Shown piece by piece: positions 10,178 through 20,907 of a DNA stretch of 64,000 bases. Numbering within the stretch: the stretch's first letter is position 1; the number at the start of each line of letters is the position of its first letter. The DNA comes from a virus. The notes below the pieces were generated by a model, which was not told the DNA's origin, did no database searches, and saw only the letters and a list, made by a program, of their open reading frames with translations. The stretch covers positions 58,381 to 122,380 of IMG/VR virus record IMGVR_UViG_3300035180_001452. One strand, given 5' to 3'. The position numbers were made by a program, and so were the translations under genes.

Positions 10178-11434
10178 TTAGTAGATAATACACCGTAGAG
10201 ATCCGACAACACCGGCAACCTCTAGGTTTGCAGGGGTTCCAGGAACTCCAGAGTATCGACCATCGGTAAGACCAATGATACCAGCGTTAAACAGACGACC
10301 ATCCCTATACGAAGTTTCGTAGCTGTAGCTTACAGTTACAGAGTTTACAGTTACGTTGCTAGCAAAGTATAGATCGCCAGTTACCGGGTTGACATTGTAG
10401 TACTGACCCATGGTATAGTCTACAAATGGCATGTCAGCAGTAGAGAGCGGAGTGCTTGTAAGTGTTGTTACTGTTCCGTCTGGAGCAACTAGAGTACCGG
10501 TTACGGTTACAACGATAGACTTCCATGGTGCGATTGGCTTGTTAGCTAGTCTATACCAGGACCCTGAGGTTATAGTAGCGGGAGTCTCATTAGTTACATC
10601 CGTAGTAGGAACTCTTAGTAGCTGCGGAGGATATTCCCAAGCAAGGAAGTTATCAGTCACCCACTCTAGCCAGCCACTTAGATGATGTGCTGCAGAGATA
10701 GGCTCTACTCTAACTACTTCTCCTGCGATCTGGTCAGCCGACTGCCCAAACTCGTATACAAGTGCGGTAGCTGATCCAGGAATGGTAGCAACCCAACACC
10801 CGAAGGTAGGATTCCATGCTACCGATACAGTACTACCATCAACAAGAGTTGTACCATTCCAAGCTACAATAACTCTTGGAGTAAATGCAGGAAGGTTAGC
10901 TGCTGATAGCTGTACCGTAGCCGAAGCTGAAGAAGTCTTTAGATATAGCTTCTTCTCCATCCACTTTACAATCTTACCTTTGTCATTAGGAACCGCAGTA
11001 GTGCTAGTAGCAGAGCCATAGTAGGCAGTAATTTTATCACCACCAGCAGGTACACCATATGCGCCATTAACTGAAGCGACATAAGGTACCTCAATAAATT
11101 CCTCTCTGCTCATAGAAGGCATCCACTGAACCTTCTCTTCCCACTGCCGGAAGATATTAGTTTCAGTATAGCCTGCAGGCTTGTTACTCACACCATCAGC
11201 AATGGTGAGTACAGCCTGCCCGGTATAAGAGGTTGTATCTGGCCTCACAGCAAGAATTCTACCACGAGGAATTACAATCTGATCGCTTGAAGGATATCGA
11301 GGATCGGTTCCTAGTGGAACAAGATTAGGATCAACCACCCAGGATTCTGCAGGGGAGTTCATGCCGGAGATTTTAACACCCGGAGTCCAAACTCTACCAG
11401 CAAAGGGCTGAGAACCTATTAATTGTCCTGCCAT
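10178..11434 (-). CDS. Capsid decoration / head structural protein
   Basis: Between protease and MCP; beta-rich, Thr/Val-rich; IVIPRGRILAV and GLTDG motifs. Confidence 0.55.
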   Translation of the reverse strand: MAGQLIGSQPFAGRVWTPGVKISGMNSPAESWVVDPNLVPLGTDPRYPSSDQIVIPRGRILAVRPDTTSYTGQAVLTIADGVSNKPAGYTETNIFRQWEEKVQWMPSMSREEFIEVPYVASVNGAYGVPAGGDKITAYYGSATSTTAVPNDKGKIVKWMEKKLYLKTSSASATVQLSAANLPAFTPRVIVAWNGTTLVDGSTVSVAWNPTFGCWVATIPGSATALVYEFGQSADQIAGEVVRVEPISAAHHLSGWLEWVTDNFLAWEYPPQLLRVPTTDVTNETPATITSGSWYRLANKPIAPWKSIVVTVTGTLVAPDGTVTTLTSTPLSTADMPFVDYTMGQYYNVNPVTGDLYFASNVTVNSVTVSYSYETSYRDGRLFNAGIIGLTDGRYSGVPGTPANLEVAGVVGSLRCIIY

Positions 11435-11463
11435 AGTTATTTCTCCTTATTATTCGGCTAGTC

Positions 11464-13128
11464 CTAGATATTGCTAGAGGACTGCATTTCCTTAAGTCTT
11501 TTTTCTAGTTTCTTTGGATCTAGTCCAAAGTGTACATAGACAGAATCTTCTTCTACCTCAGTCACTTCTCCTACCTTACCCAACTGCTTAGGAGCTACTT
11601 CCGTTTCATCGGTTTTGATTACCGGACTCTTTACCTTTTCTATGGCCTCGATGCTAACTGGAGCACTTCCATTGAACTCTAATAGCAGGTCAGATAGAGA
11701 GTCTTCTAAGGATTGTGTAGTCCTCTTAGAGAAATCTTTTATACAATCGTCTAAGGACCTTTCTCGAATAGCTGGTTTATTAAGTACCTTAGATAGGATA
11801 GCAACCTCACTAGCTAGTCTTAGGTGAGCCTGTACTCCTACCTCCATACATTTTTCATTTAGAGCCTCTATCTGCTCATCTAGTTTATGATCTTCTTTAT
11901 GAGCAGCTTTAGCTAGCTTCTTATTCTTCTTTCTGGCCTTATCCATACTGGTAGAGAGCTCCATAGTATGCTGCTCTAAAGCTTCAATCAGAGCATAGAG
12001 CACTGGATAAGTTGACTCGTCTAGTGGAACGCGTACCGGCTGCCTGGTACTATTCTTTTCGAGAGTCTCTATAATATGATCGGCTTTCTTAAGGCTCTCG
12101 GGTACATCGACCTTTTCTTCCTTACAGTAGCCAATCAAACTAGCATACAACCTATTCTTATAGTCCTGTGGAATATTAGAAGACTCTACAGTCGCATAAA
12201 TAGGCTTAACGCTATTCTTACTTAGAGTAAGTAGAGGATATTCTACGTTCTTCTTTTCATCCTTAAAAACTATAAGACATGACTTCTGTGTAACTTTAGG
12301 TTCTTCTGTAGTAGTTACTTTGGTTTCAGGTACCTTAGTCTCAACTACAGGCTCTGTGTTAGTAGCTTGCGTATTTTTCACTGGAATACTCCACATTCTC
12401 TTGAGATTGTTAAAATCGGATGCGTGCTCCTTAAGAATGATCTCACCCTTATTACTACTCTCCCCACCTAAGATTTTAATATCTTCTACTTGAACCTGTT
12501 TATTAATTACTCTTGCATCAGTATCACTAGGTACTATCACGAAAGACACCTCATGAAATCTCACAGGACCTACTATATAGTAACATTCCTTAAGTCTTCC
12601 ATCTATAAAGTAGGTCTGACCTTTAACATGGTCACATCCGTCTTCTAAATAAGGGCTACCATTACAGATAGAGCAGGTAACACTTTCCGTTTCAACCCCA
12701 ATAGAAACCGTTAAGAATCGTTCAGTAAGAATCATTTCGATAGCAGTAGGATCTGTAATAGCCGGTATTACTGAAACATATCCACCACTACCATTACTTC
12801 CTGGAACAAATTTAGCATATTTCGCCCTACCATAAACAGGGCTGCTCTCACTCCCTAATAATCCAGTAGCTGTTGCATGATCCTGTATTATTGGAATAGG
12901 ATAGGGGTATAGTATTGAATAGACTCCAGTACCCTCAGCTTCATTACCTATTAAGCTTTCTGATGGATAGAAGGTTTTATTCCTTGTTACTTTATCAGCA
13001 GTAATAGCTCTTATCTCAGGATAAAGGACGCTTGGTATATCCCCGCCAAATGCCTCCATAACACGCTTTTCTAGAGTATCCTTACCAGGGCTAAGTACAA
13101 CGGATTCTACTAGTCTAATTCTTCCCAT
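11464..13128 (-). CDS. Prohead protease with scaffold-like C-terminal region
   Basis: IQDH, VSIG, CSIC...CDH and FHEVSFVIVPSD protease-type motifs; charged helical C-terminal half. Confidence 0.8.
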   Translation of the reverse strand: MGRIRLVESVVLSPGKDTLEKRVMEAFGGDIPSVLYPEIRAITADKVTRNKTFYPSESLIGNEAEGTGVYSILYPYPIPIIQDHATATGLLGSESSPVYGRAKYAKFVPGSNGSGGYVSVIPAITDPTAIEMILTERFLTVSIGVETESVTCSICNGSPYLEDGCDHVKGQTYFIDGRLKECYYIVGPVRFHEVSFVIVPSDTDARVINKQVQVEDIKILGGESSNKGEIILKEHASDFNNLKRMWSIPVKNTQATNTEPVVETKVPETKVTTTEEPKVTQKSCLIVFKDEKKNVEYPLLTLSKNSVKPIYATVESSNIPQDYKNRLYASLIGYCKEEKVDVPESLKKADHIIETLEKNSTRQPVRVPLDESTYPVLYALIEALEQHTMELSTSMDKARKKNKKLAKAAHKEDHKLDEQIEALNEKCMEVGVQAHLRLASEVAILSKVLNKPAIRERSLDDCIKDFSKRTTQSLEDSLSDLLLEFNGSAPVSIEAIEKVKSPVIKTDETEVAPKQLGKVGEVTEVEEDSVYVHFGLDPKKLEKRLKEMQSSSNI

Positions 13129-13130
13129 AG

Positions 13131-13466
13131 TTAGCTCCCTATTTCTTTTTGATCAGCTAACTTATTTTCTCTTAGCTTCTCTTCTGCTTCTCTAATCCTA
13201 GCAGTCAGTCTTTCATTAATCATTTCCAGCTTTAGATTCTTTCTCCTTTCTTCTAGAAGCTCATTGTATAGCTGCACTTTTTCTATTCTGCTTGATCTGA
13301 CTTCAGCCCACAGTTCTTCAGTAAGTTTTGCTCGGTCGTCTATTTCTCTTATTTCGACAGTGGCGTCATCACTTTTCTGTCTGTCTTTTTTACTAATCCA
13401 ATGGCCCAGGAGGAAGACTAGTAGTCCGCTTATTACTGACGCTAGAAATGGTAGATACTCCTTCAT
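13131..13466 (-). CDS. Small protein with N-terminal TM helix and coiled coil (possible lysis-related)
   Basis: Hydrophobic N-terminus followed by a charged heptad-rich tail. Confidence 0.5.
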   Translation of the reverse strand: MKEYLPFLASVISGLLVFLLGHWISKKDRQKSDDATVEIREIDDRAKLTEELWAEVRSSRIEKVQLYNELLEERRKNLKLEMINERLTARIREAEEKLRENKLADQKEIGS

Positions 13467-13881
13467 TTACATTATTTCTCCTCTGGCTTCTAGACAGTAT
13501 GCCTGTAAGTCTTAGGTATACTAGAGCAGAAGATAGAGCGAAGGTTGAGGATAATATAGCAAATATATCATGAGTCTTTCCAATAACTACTGTTAGATAT
13601 GACCATATAACGCAAGATAGTAGACTCGCTAATCTTCTGTAATTTACCTTGTCCCCCATCATACCTATAATATGAAATATACCGAGAATACAAACTGCTA
13701 CTGATAGTATTCTATAGTCTACCGAAGTTTCTATTGCCTTATATCCGGCATCATCTACATTAGGTAGATTAATTAAAAATACTACTCCAAGTATTACTTT
13801 AGCTAAAATAGACTGCAGCTCGGCAATCTCTATATCATATCTATACAGTAGATTCCAGATTAAGTTCATAAAGCCTCTCAT
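13393..13881 (-). CDS. Multi-pass membrane protein (holin-like candidate)
   Basis: About four hydrophobic segments in 162 aa. Confidence 0.45.
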   Translation of the reverse strand: MRGFMNLIWNLLYRYDIEIAELQSILAKVILGVVFLINLPNVDDAGYKAIETSVDYRILSVAVCILGIFHIIGMMGDKVNYRRLASLLSCVIWSYLTVVIGKTHDIFAILSSTFALSSALVYLRLTGILSRSQRRNNVNEGVSTISSVSNKRTTSLPPGPLD

Positions 13882-15668
13882 TTCTCTCCTTCCATTAGAA
13901 CCAGTAAGACTGGTCTCTCGTTTGAGAGTCTAGCATTAACTCTTATATATCCTGTAGTTTCGTTATTAGATAGAACATCATTGACTATCATATTACATAA
14001 AGGTAGGATATACGAATCGTTGCTAATATTACCAAATGCTTTAGCTCTTAGATCAGAGGCCTTTATAGTTCCTTCTTTTATTCCTGGAATGAGAGAGACT
14101 ACGGTTTCACACATATTGCCAAAGGCTTCTATATTACTCGAGTAGTTCTCAACTGACATCTTCTGGGCAGTAGGAGCTCCAGCTTTAGCTAATGGACCGG
14201 TAGTTTTATTCGAGGGGGATATAATATTCTTTGTTTGCTTCTTGTCTTTAGTAATACTTTTGGCAGCTACTTTTCCAGAGGACTTAGGTGCAGCTACCAT
14301 ATCTTTAATTTCCCCGTCCTTAAGATCTATCGGATCCATACCAATCTTAGAAGCTACTAACTGAGGTATCTGTACCTGGTGAACGTAGTAGTCTTTCCAA
14401 TTGGCCTCATCCGATCTACCCAGTGCCTGTCTAAGTTCCTCCGAGCTAATAGCATTCATGGTCCACAGGTTTAGAGCATGGGTCTGTTCTTTAATCTGGC
14501 GCTCAACTTCGATCTCGTGCCAGCCAAGAACTACCTGATCCTCTGGGTTATTCCACGGGTCAAACCCACCTTCTATTAACAGCTCATTAAATATGTACAT
14601 AGTAATGTAGTGGGTTAAAAGTAATTGGTACATCTTAGCACGATTGTGCATTTGTGTGGTAAGGGCATCTGCGGTACCGGCAGGAGCACCAACGTTCTCC
14701 CCCATAACCAGCTCTGATACTCCAAGACCTGAGAATACTCTCTGCTTAAAAAGTTTTAGATATCCTTCTGCTCTAATGGCTTGAGATTCAGCTCCAACAA
14801 CCTGAATCTTATGTCCTGGGGGAGTTATTATAAAACCATCTGGGGCAGTAGTTTGGAAATTACGTATAGCATCGTCTATATCTTCCTGCCTACCCTCACC
14901 CGTCCCGGTAATGTCTGGAACCTGTTGATGAATAATAGGATTAAGATGCTTATATATAAGCTTGAGAACATTCTCCTCTGCCTGTCTTAGAGCTCTAATG
15001 TCCTCAATAACAGATACTACCGGAGGGATTCCCCATATGCCGCCAGCTTCCTTACAGTAGGTAAAGTGTAAAATATCTTCTGGCTTAAATGTTTTTGTAA
15101 CGTTCCTTACTTTTTGTATCCAGTAGGCTATATCACCATTTTCATTTAGCTGGGGAGCCATCTGATGTGCGGGTAGATTAAAATACGCTCCTACTGGAGG
15201 CTTGCCCTCATACCCTTTTAGAGATAGCCCTGGAATAGGATCTGGGCTATTAGTTCTTACAGTTACCAAGAAGCAGTTACCATATTTTACAAAGTCTCGT
15301 ATGGCATTTTCTAGTATAAGCTCCCAGGGTTCTCCACTAGCAAAGCCCATAATCTTTAATCTTTTTTCTATATAAGCTTTAGGAGCTGGTTGACCTTCTA
15401 GCTTCCATCCTTCTTTTATAATTATTTCGATATATTTATCGATGCCTTGTCTAATATAGCTGTCTACAAGATAGGCATTTCTTACAGCTTCTATATCAAA
15501 AGGAGGAGCTGTACCAACTTGCTGAGCTCTAAGCCCTGATCCAACTTGATAGTTTAAAACTGGATTGGCTACTCTCTTTATATTAGTAGATTTCTTTTGT
15601 ACGTTCTTACTACTATTAAGAGCCTGTATTCCAGTTCTTGTTGGTAGCTTTATGTTAAAAGATGCCAT
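13878..15668 (-). CDS. Portal protein
   Basis: 596 aa between terminase and protease; YGNCF, FKPEDILHF, WGIPP and EELRQALG portal-like motifs. Confidence 0.85.
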   Translation of the reverse strand: MASFNIKLPTRTGIQALNSSKNVQKKSTNIKRVANPVLNYQVGSGLRAQQVGTAPPFDIEAVRNAYLVDSYIRQGIDKYIEIIIKEGWKLEGQPAPKAYIEKRLKIMGFASGEPWELILENAIRDFVKYGNCFLVTVRTNSPDPIPGLSLKGYEGKPPVGAYFNLPAHQMAPQLNENGDIAYWIQKVRNVTKTFKPEDILHFTYCKEAGGIWGIPPVVSVIEDIRALRQAEENVLKLIYKHLNPIIHQQVPDITGTGEGRQEDIDDAIRNFQTTAPDGFIITPPGHKIQVVGAESQAIRAEGYLKLFKQRVFSGLGVSELVMGENVGAPAGTADALTTQMHNRAKMYQLLLTHYITMYIFNELLIEGGFDPWNNPEDQVVLGWHEIEVERQIKEQTHALNLWTMNAISSEELRQALGRSDEANWKDYYVHQVQIPQLVASKIGMDPIDLKDGEIKDMVAAPKSSGKVAAKSITKDKKQTKNIISPSNKTTGPLAKAGAPTAQKMSVENYSSNIEAFGNMCETVVSLIPGIKEGTIKASDLRAKAFGNISNDSYILPLCNMIVNDVLSNNETTGYIRVNARLSNERPVLLVLMEGEK

Positions 15669-15671
15669 AGT

Positions 15672-16118
15672 TTATTCCTTTTTTGAAAGGGCTTGATCGA
15701 GCACTATTTTCAGACTTATAGCATCTACTGGGTCGTTCCAGTATATAGGTACTAAAGGTAAACCAATTTCTTTACATGTAAGACGTAACGTACTTTCAGC
15801 TTCATTAGCTGCTTCCCATGCACGCTTGTTCTTACAATACTTTCTACATGTTTCCCAAGAACCTACTTCTGGGCCATATACTTGAACAGCTAGGGGAAGA
15901 TCTGTAAATATTATAGTAATAGGAGGATGCACGCTAGAAGAAATGTACCAGCTCCACTTACCGTCTATAACATAGGGTTCGCTGGAGTCAAGGAGTGTAA
16001 GGAGAGTTTCTATAACTAGTCTACACCTATTCTTGTAATCACTTTTAATATGGAGACCTCCTAGTATATACAACCATACTATATCAGATAGCCACCATAT
16101 AAGCCTTCTAAGAACCAT
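15672..16118 (-). CDS. Hypothetical protein, degenerate DUF559/Vsr-like nuclease fold possible
   Basis: LAVQVYGP...CKEIGLPLVPIYW resembles the C-terminus of DUF559-type nucleases. Confidence 0.35.
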   Translation of the reverse strand: MVLRRLIWWLSDIVWLYILGGLHIKSDYKNRCRLVIETLLTLLDSSEPYVIDGKWSWYISSSVHPPITIIFTDLPLAVQVYGPEVGSWETCRKYCKNKRAWEAANEAESTLRLTCKEIGLPLVPIYWNDPVDAISLKIVLDQALSKKE

Positions 16119-16225
16119 ATCCTGCCCTTTCTACCGCCATCCCTTGGCCACTGGTAGTTGACCAACTCTATAAAGATTCGCTCATACCGCCTTTCTCGGC
16201 AGAGAAGTTTGGTAAGGCGGCAGGG

Positions 16226-17422
16226 TTATTTACTCTTAGCCAATCTACCTTTTACGTACTGTACCATTTGCTCATCGAGGCTACCAGAACTCAGTATAGT
16301 ATCTAGAGACTCGAGAATTATATCCAAGGTTGCTAGATGCTTATTCATGGTAACATTTTTATCGGCTAAATCAACTAGAAGGCCTCTTACTTCATACTTT
16401 TTATATATCTCTTTCTGTAGCTCATATATTTTTGATACGTAATCAAATCTAAGATTTCGTGCTTCCTCTATTATTATTCCAATAAGTTCATCAAAAGCAT
16501 CGCAATCAGGATCATTTATTAAATCCACAACATTGGTTAGTAGATTTATTAGCGGATCATTAAGCTTGCTTTGTAGCTGTCCTACTACAGAAGCTACCTC
16601 TTCTAATGCTTTAATAGCTAATAGTTGAACGAACCTGTTTAACAAATTCCTTCTAGTAGATTTCCAGTTAACCTTATCCTTAAGTACAGAGTATCTAATG
16701 ATAGCACGAGCAGCTCTAATAGTATTAATGAAGTCTTGCTTAGATGATGCTATGCTAGATAGTGAAGAAGAAGGTATTATACCTGAGTTATATTTACTAC
16801 CATACATGTTATGTAGCATTCTGGCAATCTTTCTGATTGCACACTCAGGCAACTTCTTCTTAGCTCTATCTAACGCCATTTTAATCCTATCTCTAAGAGT
16901 TTGAGCCTGGTACAGGTTATCACGATGAACATCTCTTATCTCAGGTAATATATTAGGCCTATTAACAGAATTAGCTAAATAAGATAAGGAGTTTTCTAAT
17001 TCTTGCTTTACTTCTAGTAGAGTTCCATACAGTATTCCCAGTATAGAGTTTCCATTGTTCCAATGGTGCTCCTCGTACTGTACAACCATATCTGGCCATA
17101 TAGTATTACCGGTGAGTAACCAATTCTGTATATCTGCTATAGTAAACTGTTCCTGCTCTACTATATCTTTGTACTCATCTGGAACCGGAACTACTACATT
17201 AGAAAGTTCTGCATTAGCCTCATTTATAAGGCCGTTCCATTCTTCTATCTCTGAAGTAAGCTCGTCTACCAGGCTATCTATAGGAGATTCATTATTAACA
17301 GATTCCTGATTAATAAATTCCTGTCCTGAAGCTGGTTGCTCAACAGAACTATCCTCAGGTAAAAGAACCTCCGGGATCGTTTCCTTAAGTACTCTCTTCT
17401 TAGTAATCTTATCTAAGGACAT
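16226..17422 (-). CDS. Hypothetical helical protein
   Basis: 398-aa ORF co-oriented within the packaging module. Confidence 0.6.
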   Translation of the reverse strand: MSLDKITKKRVLKETIPEVLLPEDSSVEQPASGQEFINQESVNNESPIDSLVDELTSEIEEWNGLINEANAELSNVVVPVPDEYKDIVEQEQFTIADIQNWLLTGNTIWPDMVVQYEEHHWNNGNSILGILYGTLLEVKQELENSLSYLANSVNRPNILPEIRDVHRDNLYQAQTLRDRIKMALDRAKKKLPECAIRKIARMLHNMYGSKYNSGIIPSSSLSSIASSKQDFINTIRAARAIIRYSVLKDKVNWKSTRRNLLNRFVQLLAIKALEEVASVVGQLQSKLNDPLINLLTNVVDLINDPDCDAFDELIGIIIEEARNLRFDYVSKIYELQKEIYKKYEVRGLLVDLADKNVTMNKHLATLDIILESLDTILSSGSLDEQMVQYVKGRLAKSK

Positions 17423-17432
17423 CCGCGTTCCT

Positions 17433-19958
17433 TTAGAATTTAGTTCTTTCTGGCTCTTTGCCTAAGAAGCTACCACGTCCAAGATTTTTATATACTCTTT
17501 TATCTGTAAAGGCGGCCTGCATATTATCAAACAGCTCTCTATTAGAAGCTATAGTTATCTTACTTGGAACAACTTTTGGAGCTGGCATAGAGTAGCTGAT
17601 AGAAGCAGGTATAAATTTTGTATTATCTGAATGATTAGAGTATATTGCATAACAGGCTAGACCACAGGCATCTATTATATGCTCATTAGATCTAGTTGTT
17701 TTTATAGTATTGGCTCCGGCTTCTATAACTTTGTAATTTCTTAACTGAGTTTCAAATGTTCTATCGTAGGTACTGAACTCGAAGTTCTTATCCTCAAACA
17801 GTTTAAATAAAGTATTAAGCATTACTGCTTTAAACTGTTTCTTTATCGGAGTTCCGTCTATAGGATCTTTAATGGTTACGTTCTCATTAAAGTTAAATCC
17901 CTTTAGCTTTTCATATAACTTAGAACCTGGATTATTCTTACCGTAAATCTTTAGCTGTTCTACAGCATGCTCTCCATATCCACGATCTACATAGATATAA
18001 TCTGGAGCAAAAGCATCGTTTAGAGCAATGATTCTTTCTACTCCGGTAGTAAGTGTATACTCTCCGCGAGGAACCTCTTCTCTATAGATAACCTTATACT
18101 TTGGTTGTCCTGGTAGCCATTCTACTATACATATATTTACACCGGCCTGATACTTATCCCAGTCAACTCCCATTGCTCTATATACACCAGATCTTATAGA
18201 GCCTTTATCCATATATCTATAATTACCCATAGCAGCATCTATGTCAGAGTTCTTAAAGGCATTCATACCGGAGTCTAGAAACTCTGCTAGCTGCTCAGTA
18301 ATCCACTCTACCTCAGTAGATAGCGCCTTTCTTTCATTTACTTCTTGCTCTGTATAGTCTGGGTTCTCTGTAATAGGTACATGAATCTGGTGCCACTCAC
18401 CGGTAGTATCATGGCAGTTATGTACTGAGAATCCATTAGCTACATAGCTATGGCTTTGGGTCTCGAAGTTGTATACTTTACCGGAGTAATTCTTTATAGA
18501 GGAGGATAGTACTTTTACATAGAAGTAGCCGTCTTTAATAATGTCACTACTTTTACCTAGGTAATAGGCTGTATCAGTCTTGTATACTGAGCATGCGATT
18601 CCACTACGTAGCATTACCTGCTGTATCTGATCGCACAGTTCTTTAGAAGTAGTATAAGTCTTTTTATACGCTCTTATAGTTGCCTTTGCATGCTTAGATA
18701 AGAATATGGCAGGATGTATTTTATCATCCTTACCTAGATATTCCATTAAATCTTTAAACCACTGGGAGTATACAAGTACTACTGTCTTGGAGTCTACTAC
18801 CTTCATCTTTACCAGGACATCTTGAAACAGCTTGGATACTATATAATATACATCCTGTATCTGTTTCACCTCACCGGTAAACACAACTCCTTCTGTAGTA
18901 GACTTACCTATAGAAAGGTAGTATCCTAGTAGCTTAGCTAAATAGTGTCTATAGTCCTGATCGCTAGAGTTATACTTATCTACGGTCTCTATAATTTTAC
19001 TATTAGCTACAGCTGGATACTCCATAGGAATATCCTGTTCCTTTACTATACAAAAGCCTACTCTATCACCGGGAGATATTTCTTTTATGGGGACATATCC
19101 CTTATCAGTCCAGACTGGATGTTCTGAGGTTGCTACTAAGGAATGAGGAGTAGAGGAAACTATTAAGGAGATTAGATTATCGGAGGACTCATGCACAAAG
19201 GTCTTTACTACAGTATCTAGAGAACCATCTCCGGCAATAACCACGTCACCAACTTTAATATCTTCTATATTCCTTACAGCACTATTGCCTATAGTAACAG
19301 AAGTCCCCGGTAAGAAGCACCACTGATAATATCTACCATGCTGTTCTGTTGGAGTACTTGCTGCAAAAGTTCTTATTACCTTACCATCGCTAGTCTTATA
19401 CTTATCTCCTAGGATGATTGGGTTTAAAGCTTTAAAGTCTCCTTCAGCTAGATAGGCAGCTTCATCAATAATAACAAGATTAGCCCCCTTTCCTCTTAGT
19501 GCCGCTCCTTCCCTTTTAGATGCTGCTCCAGTAGTCTTACCTTTTATAGTAGATCCATTCTTAAACTTTATTGCGTGAGGACTTTTTGTTTTCTCGGCAA
19601 GTGCATCAAGTACTACTGGTGTAGAATTTATAAATGACTCAATAGTTTCAAACAGCTCAGATACCTTATCATCGTCAGGGCAGGCTATTAGTACGTCATA
19701 GTACTTATGTACCATACATGCCCATAATGCAAGAATAGCTAAGGAATAAGACTTACCAGCTCTACGATGTACTCTGATTACAACTCTCTTTTCATTAGAG
19801 CCTAGTATCAATCTTTCTACGTAGTTAGCAACGAACGGCTCTCCAGACTCTGGATCTTTAAGTATTGCTTCAGCCCAGAGTAAAGGGCTTTCTAGAATCT
19901 TAGCTATTTTTGATAGGTCTGATTGCTGATACATAGAGGTTAAGTATAGGCCAGCCAC
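17433..19958 (-). CDS. terL: Terminase large subunit containing one intein
   Basis: Walker A HRRAGKS, Walker B VIIDEAA, STP coupling motif, RNase H-like GVDWD, YVDRGYG and HIIDA motifs. Confidence 0.93.
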   Translation of the reverse strand: MAGLYLTSMYQQSDLSKIAKILESPLLWAEAILKDPESGEPFVANYVERLILGSNEKRVVIRVHRRAGKSYSLAILALWACMVHKYYDVLIACPDDDKVSELFETIESFINSTPVVLDALAEKTKSPHAIKFKNGSTIKGKTTGAASKREGAALRGKGANLVIIDEAAYLAEGDFKALNPIILGDKYKTSDGKVIRTFAASTPTEQHGRYYQWCFLPGTSVTIGNSAVRNIEDIKVGDVVIAGDGSLDTVVKTFVHESSDNLISLIVSSTPHSLVATSEHPVWTDKGYVPIKEISPGDRVGFCIVKEQDIPMEYPAVANSKIIETVDKYNSSDQDYRHYLAKLLGYYLSIGKSTTEGVVFTGEVKQIQDVYYIVSKLFQDVLVKMKVVDSKTVVLVYSQWFKDLMEYLGKDDKIHPAIFLSKHAKATIRAYKKTYTTSKELCDQIQQVMLRSGIACSVYKTDTAYYLGKSSDIIKDGYFYVKVLSSSIKNYSGKVYNFETQSHSYVANGFSVHNCHDTTGEWHQIHVPITENPDYTEQEVNERKALSTEVEWITEQLAEFLDSGMNAFKNSDIDAAMGNYRYMDKGSIRSGVYRAMGVDWDKYQAGVNICIVEWLPGQPKYKVIYREEVPRGEYTLTTGVERIIALNDAFAPDYIYVDRGYGEHAVEQLKIYGKNNPGSKLYEKLKGFNFNENVTIKDPIDGTPIKKQFKAVMLNTLFKLFEDKNFEFSTYDRTFETQLRNYKVIEAGANTIKTTRSNEHIIDACGLACYAIYSNHSDNTKFIPASISYSMPAPKVVPSKITIASNRELFDNMQAAFTDKRVYKNLGRGSFLGKEPERTKF
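18417..19319 (-). mobile_element. Intein (301 aa) in TerL with a degenerate LAGLIDADG-like endonuclease region
   Basis: Starts CFLPGT, block B TSEHPV, ends VYNFET...SVHN followed by Cys; LAKLLGYYLSIG resembles LAGLIDADG block C. Confidence 0.92.
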
Positions 19959-19994
19959 TTATTACTATAAGATAAATGGCTGGCCTATTAGTTT

Positions 19995-20258
19995 TTACTT
20001 CGGGCTCTGATTGTATGAATCGTAATTAGTAGGCATAGGAATCTTGCCCGCACTCATTGGCTTCTTCCTATTACCGCCATCATTAGCTGGTACACCAGGA
20101 CCGCCCTTACCATCTCCTGCACCGTAGGTAGTCTTATACGTAGGAGGAACTGGAACCTTCTTAGCGATCGGTGGAACTCTTGGTGAATTGGAAGTACCGC
20201 TATTCCCACCACCATTTGCTGCGCTGCCGGCAGGGGCTCTCTTATCTACCTTTGCCAT
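19995..20258 (-). CDS. Small basic Gly/Pro-rich protein
   Basis: 87 aa; strong RBS AAGGAG upstream. Confidence 0.6.
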   Translation of the reverse strand: MAKVDKRAPAGSAANGGGNSGTSNSPRVPPIAKKVPVPPTYKTTYGAGDGKGGPGVPANDGGNRKKPMSAGKIPMPTNYDSYNQSPK

Positions 20259-20425
20259 GCTTTATCTCCTTTAAACTATCTTCCATCATACCCTCTAGCA
20301 AACGTGCTAGTCTTACTACTAATGGTAACTCGTAAGTTCTACTATTTGCTACGCTATCGGCAAGGGTTCTCTTATCTACCTTTGCCATGCTTTATCTCCT
20401 TCTAGTCTTACTACAGTTATACTAC

Positions 20426-20854
20426 CTATCTTCTACTATACCTTCTAGCAAACGCACCAGCCTCACTACCAATCATATTTCTTGCGCCTGATATAGCACT
20501 CATTCCTCTTTGCTGTTCTCTCCATGTCCAGTCTGAGTGTTCAAATCTTTGAGAAAATGGAGTAGCTGCCAATCGAATATTATCGTTTCTCTCTCTAGCC
20601 ATACCAACACCATAGGACATTAGAAATGGTGAGGCAAGAAGCAGAGAAACCCCAGTCATAGCTATAGTTGGGTTAGCTGTACCTAATATTAAAAGATAGG
20701 TCCAGTTATTTTTAATAGCAGATGTAGCACCTGCCCACAGAACAGACCTATTTTCTCTTCTAGCGTTATCTATATCTTCTCTAATTGCACCATAAGAAAA
20801 TAGTAGCTGTCCAGGAAAGTCTCTAAACCCCTTAGCAAATGTTGATATATGCAT
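20426..20854 (-). CDS. Hypothetical protein with a hydrophobic segment
   Basis: 142-aa ORF in the operon direction. Confidence 0.55.
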   Translation of the reverse strand: MHISTFAKGFRDFPGQLLFSYGAIREDIDNARRENRSVLWAGATSAIKNNWTYLLILGTANPTIAMTGVSLLLASPFLMSYGVGMARERNDNIRLAATPFSQRFEHSDWTWREQQRGMSAISGARNMIGSEAGAFARRYSRR

Positions 20855-20907
20855 AAGACATAGTACCTTTATCGTATTTATTATAAATACGAATAATAAT
20901 AGGTAGC

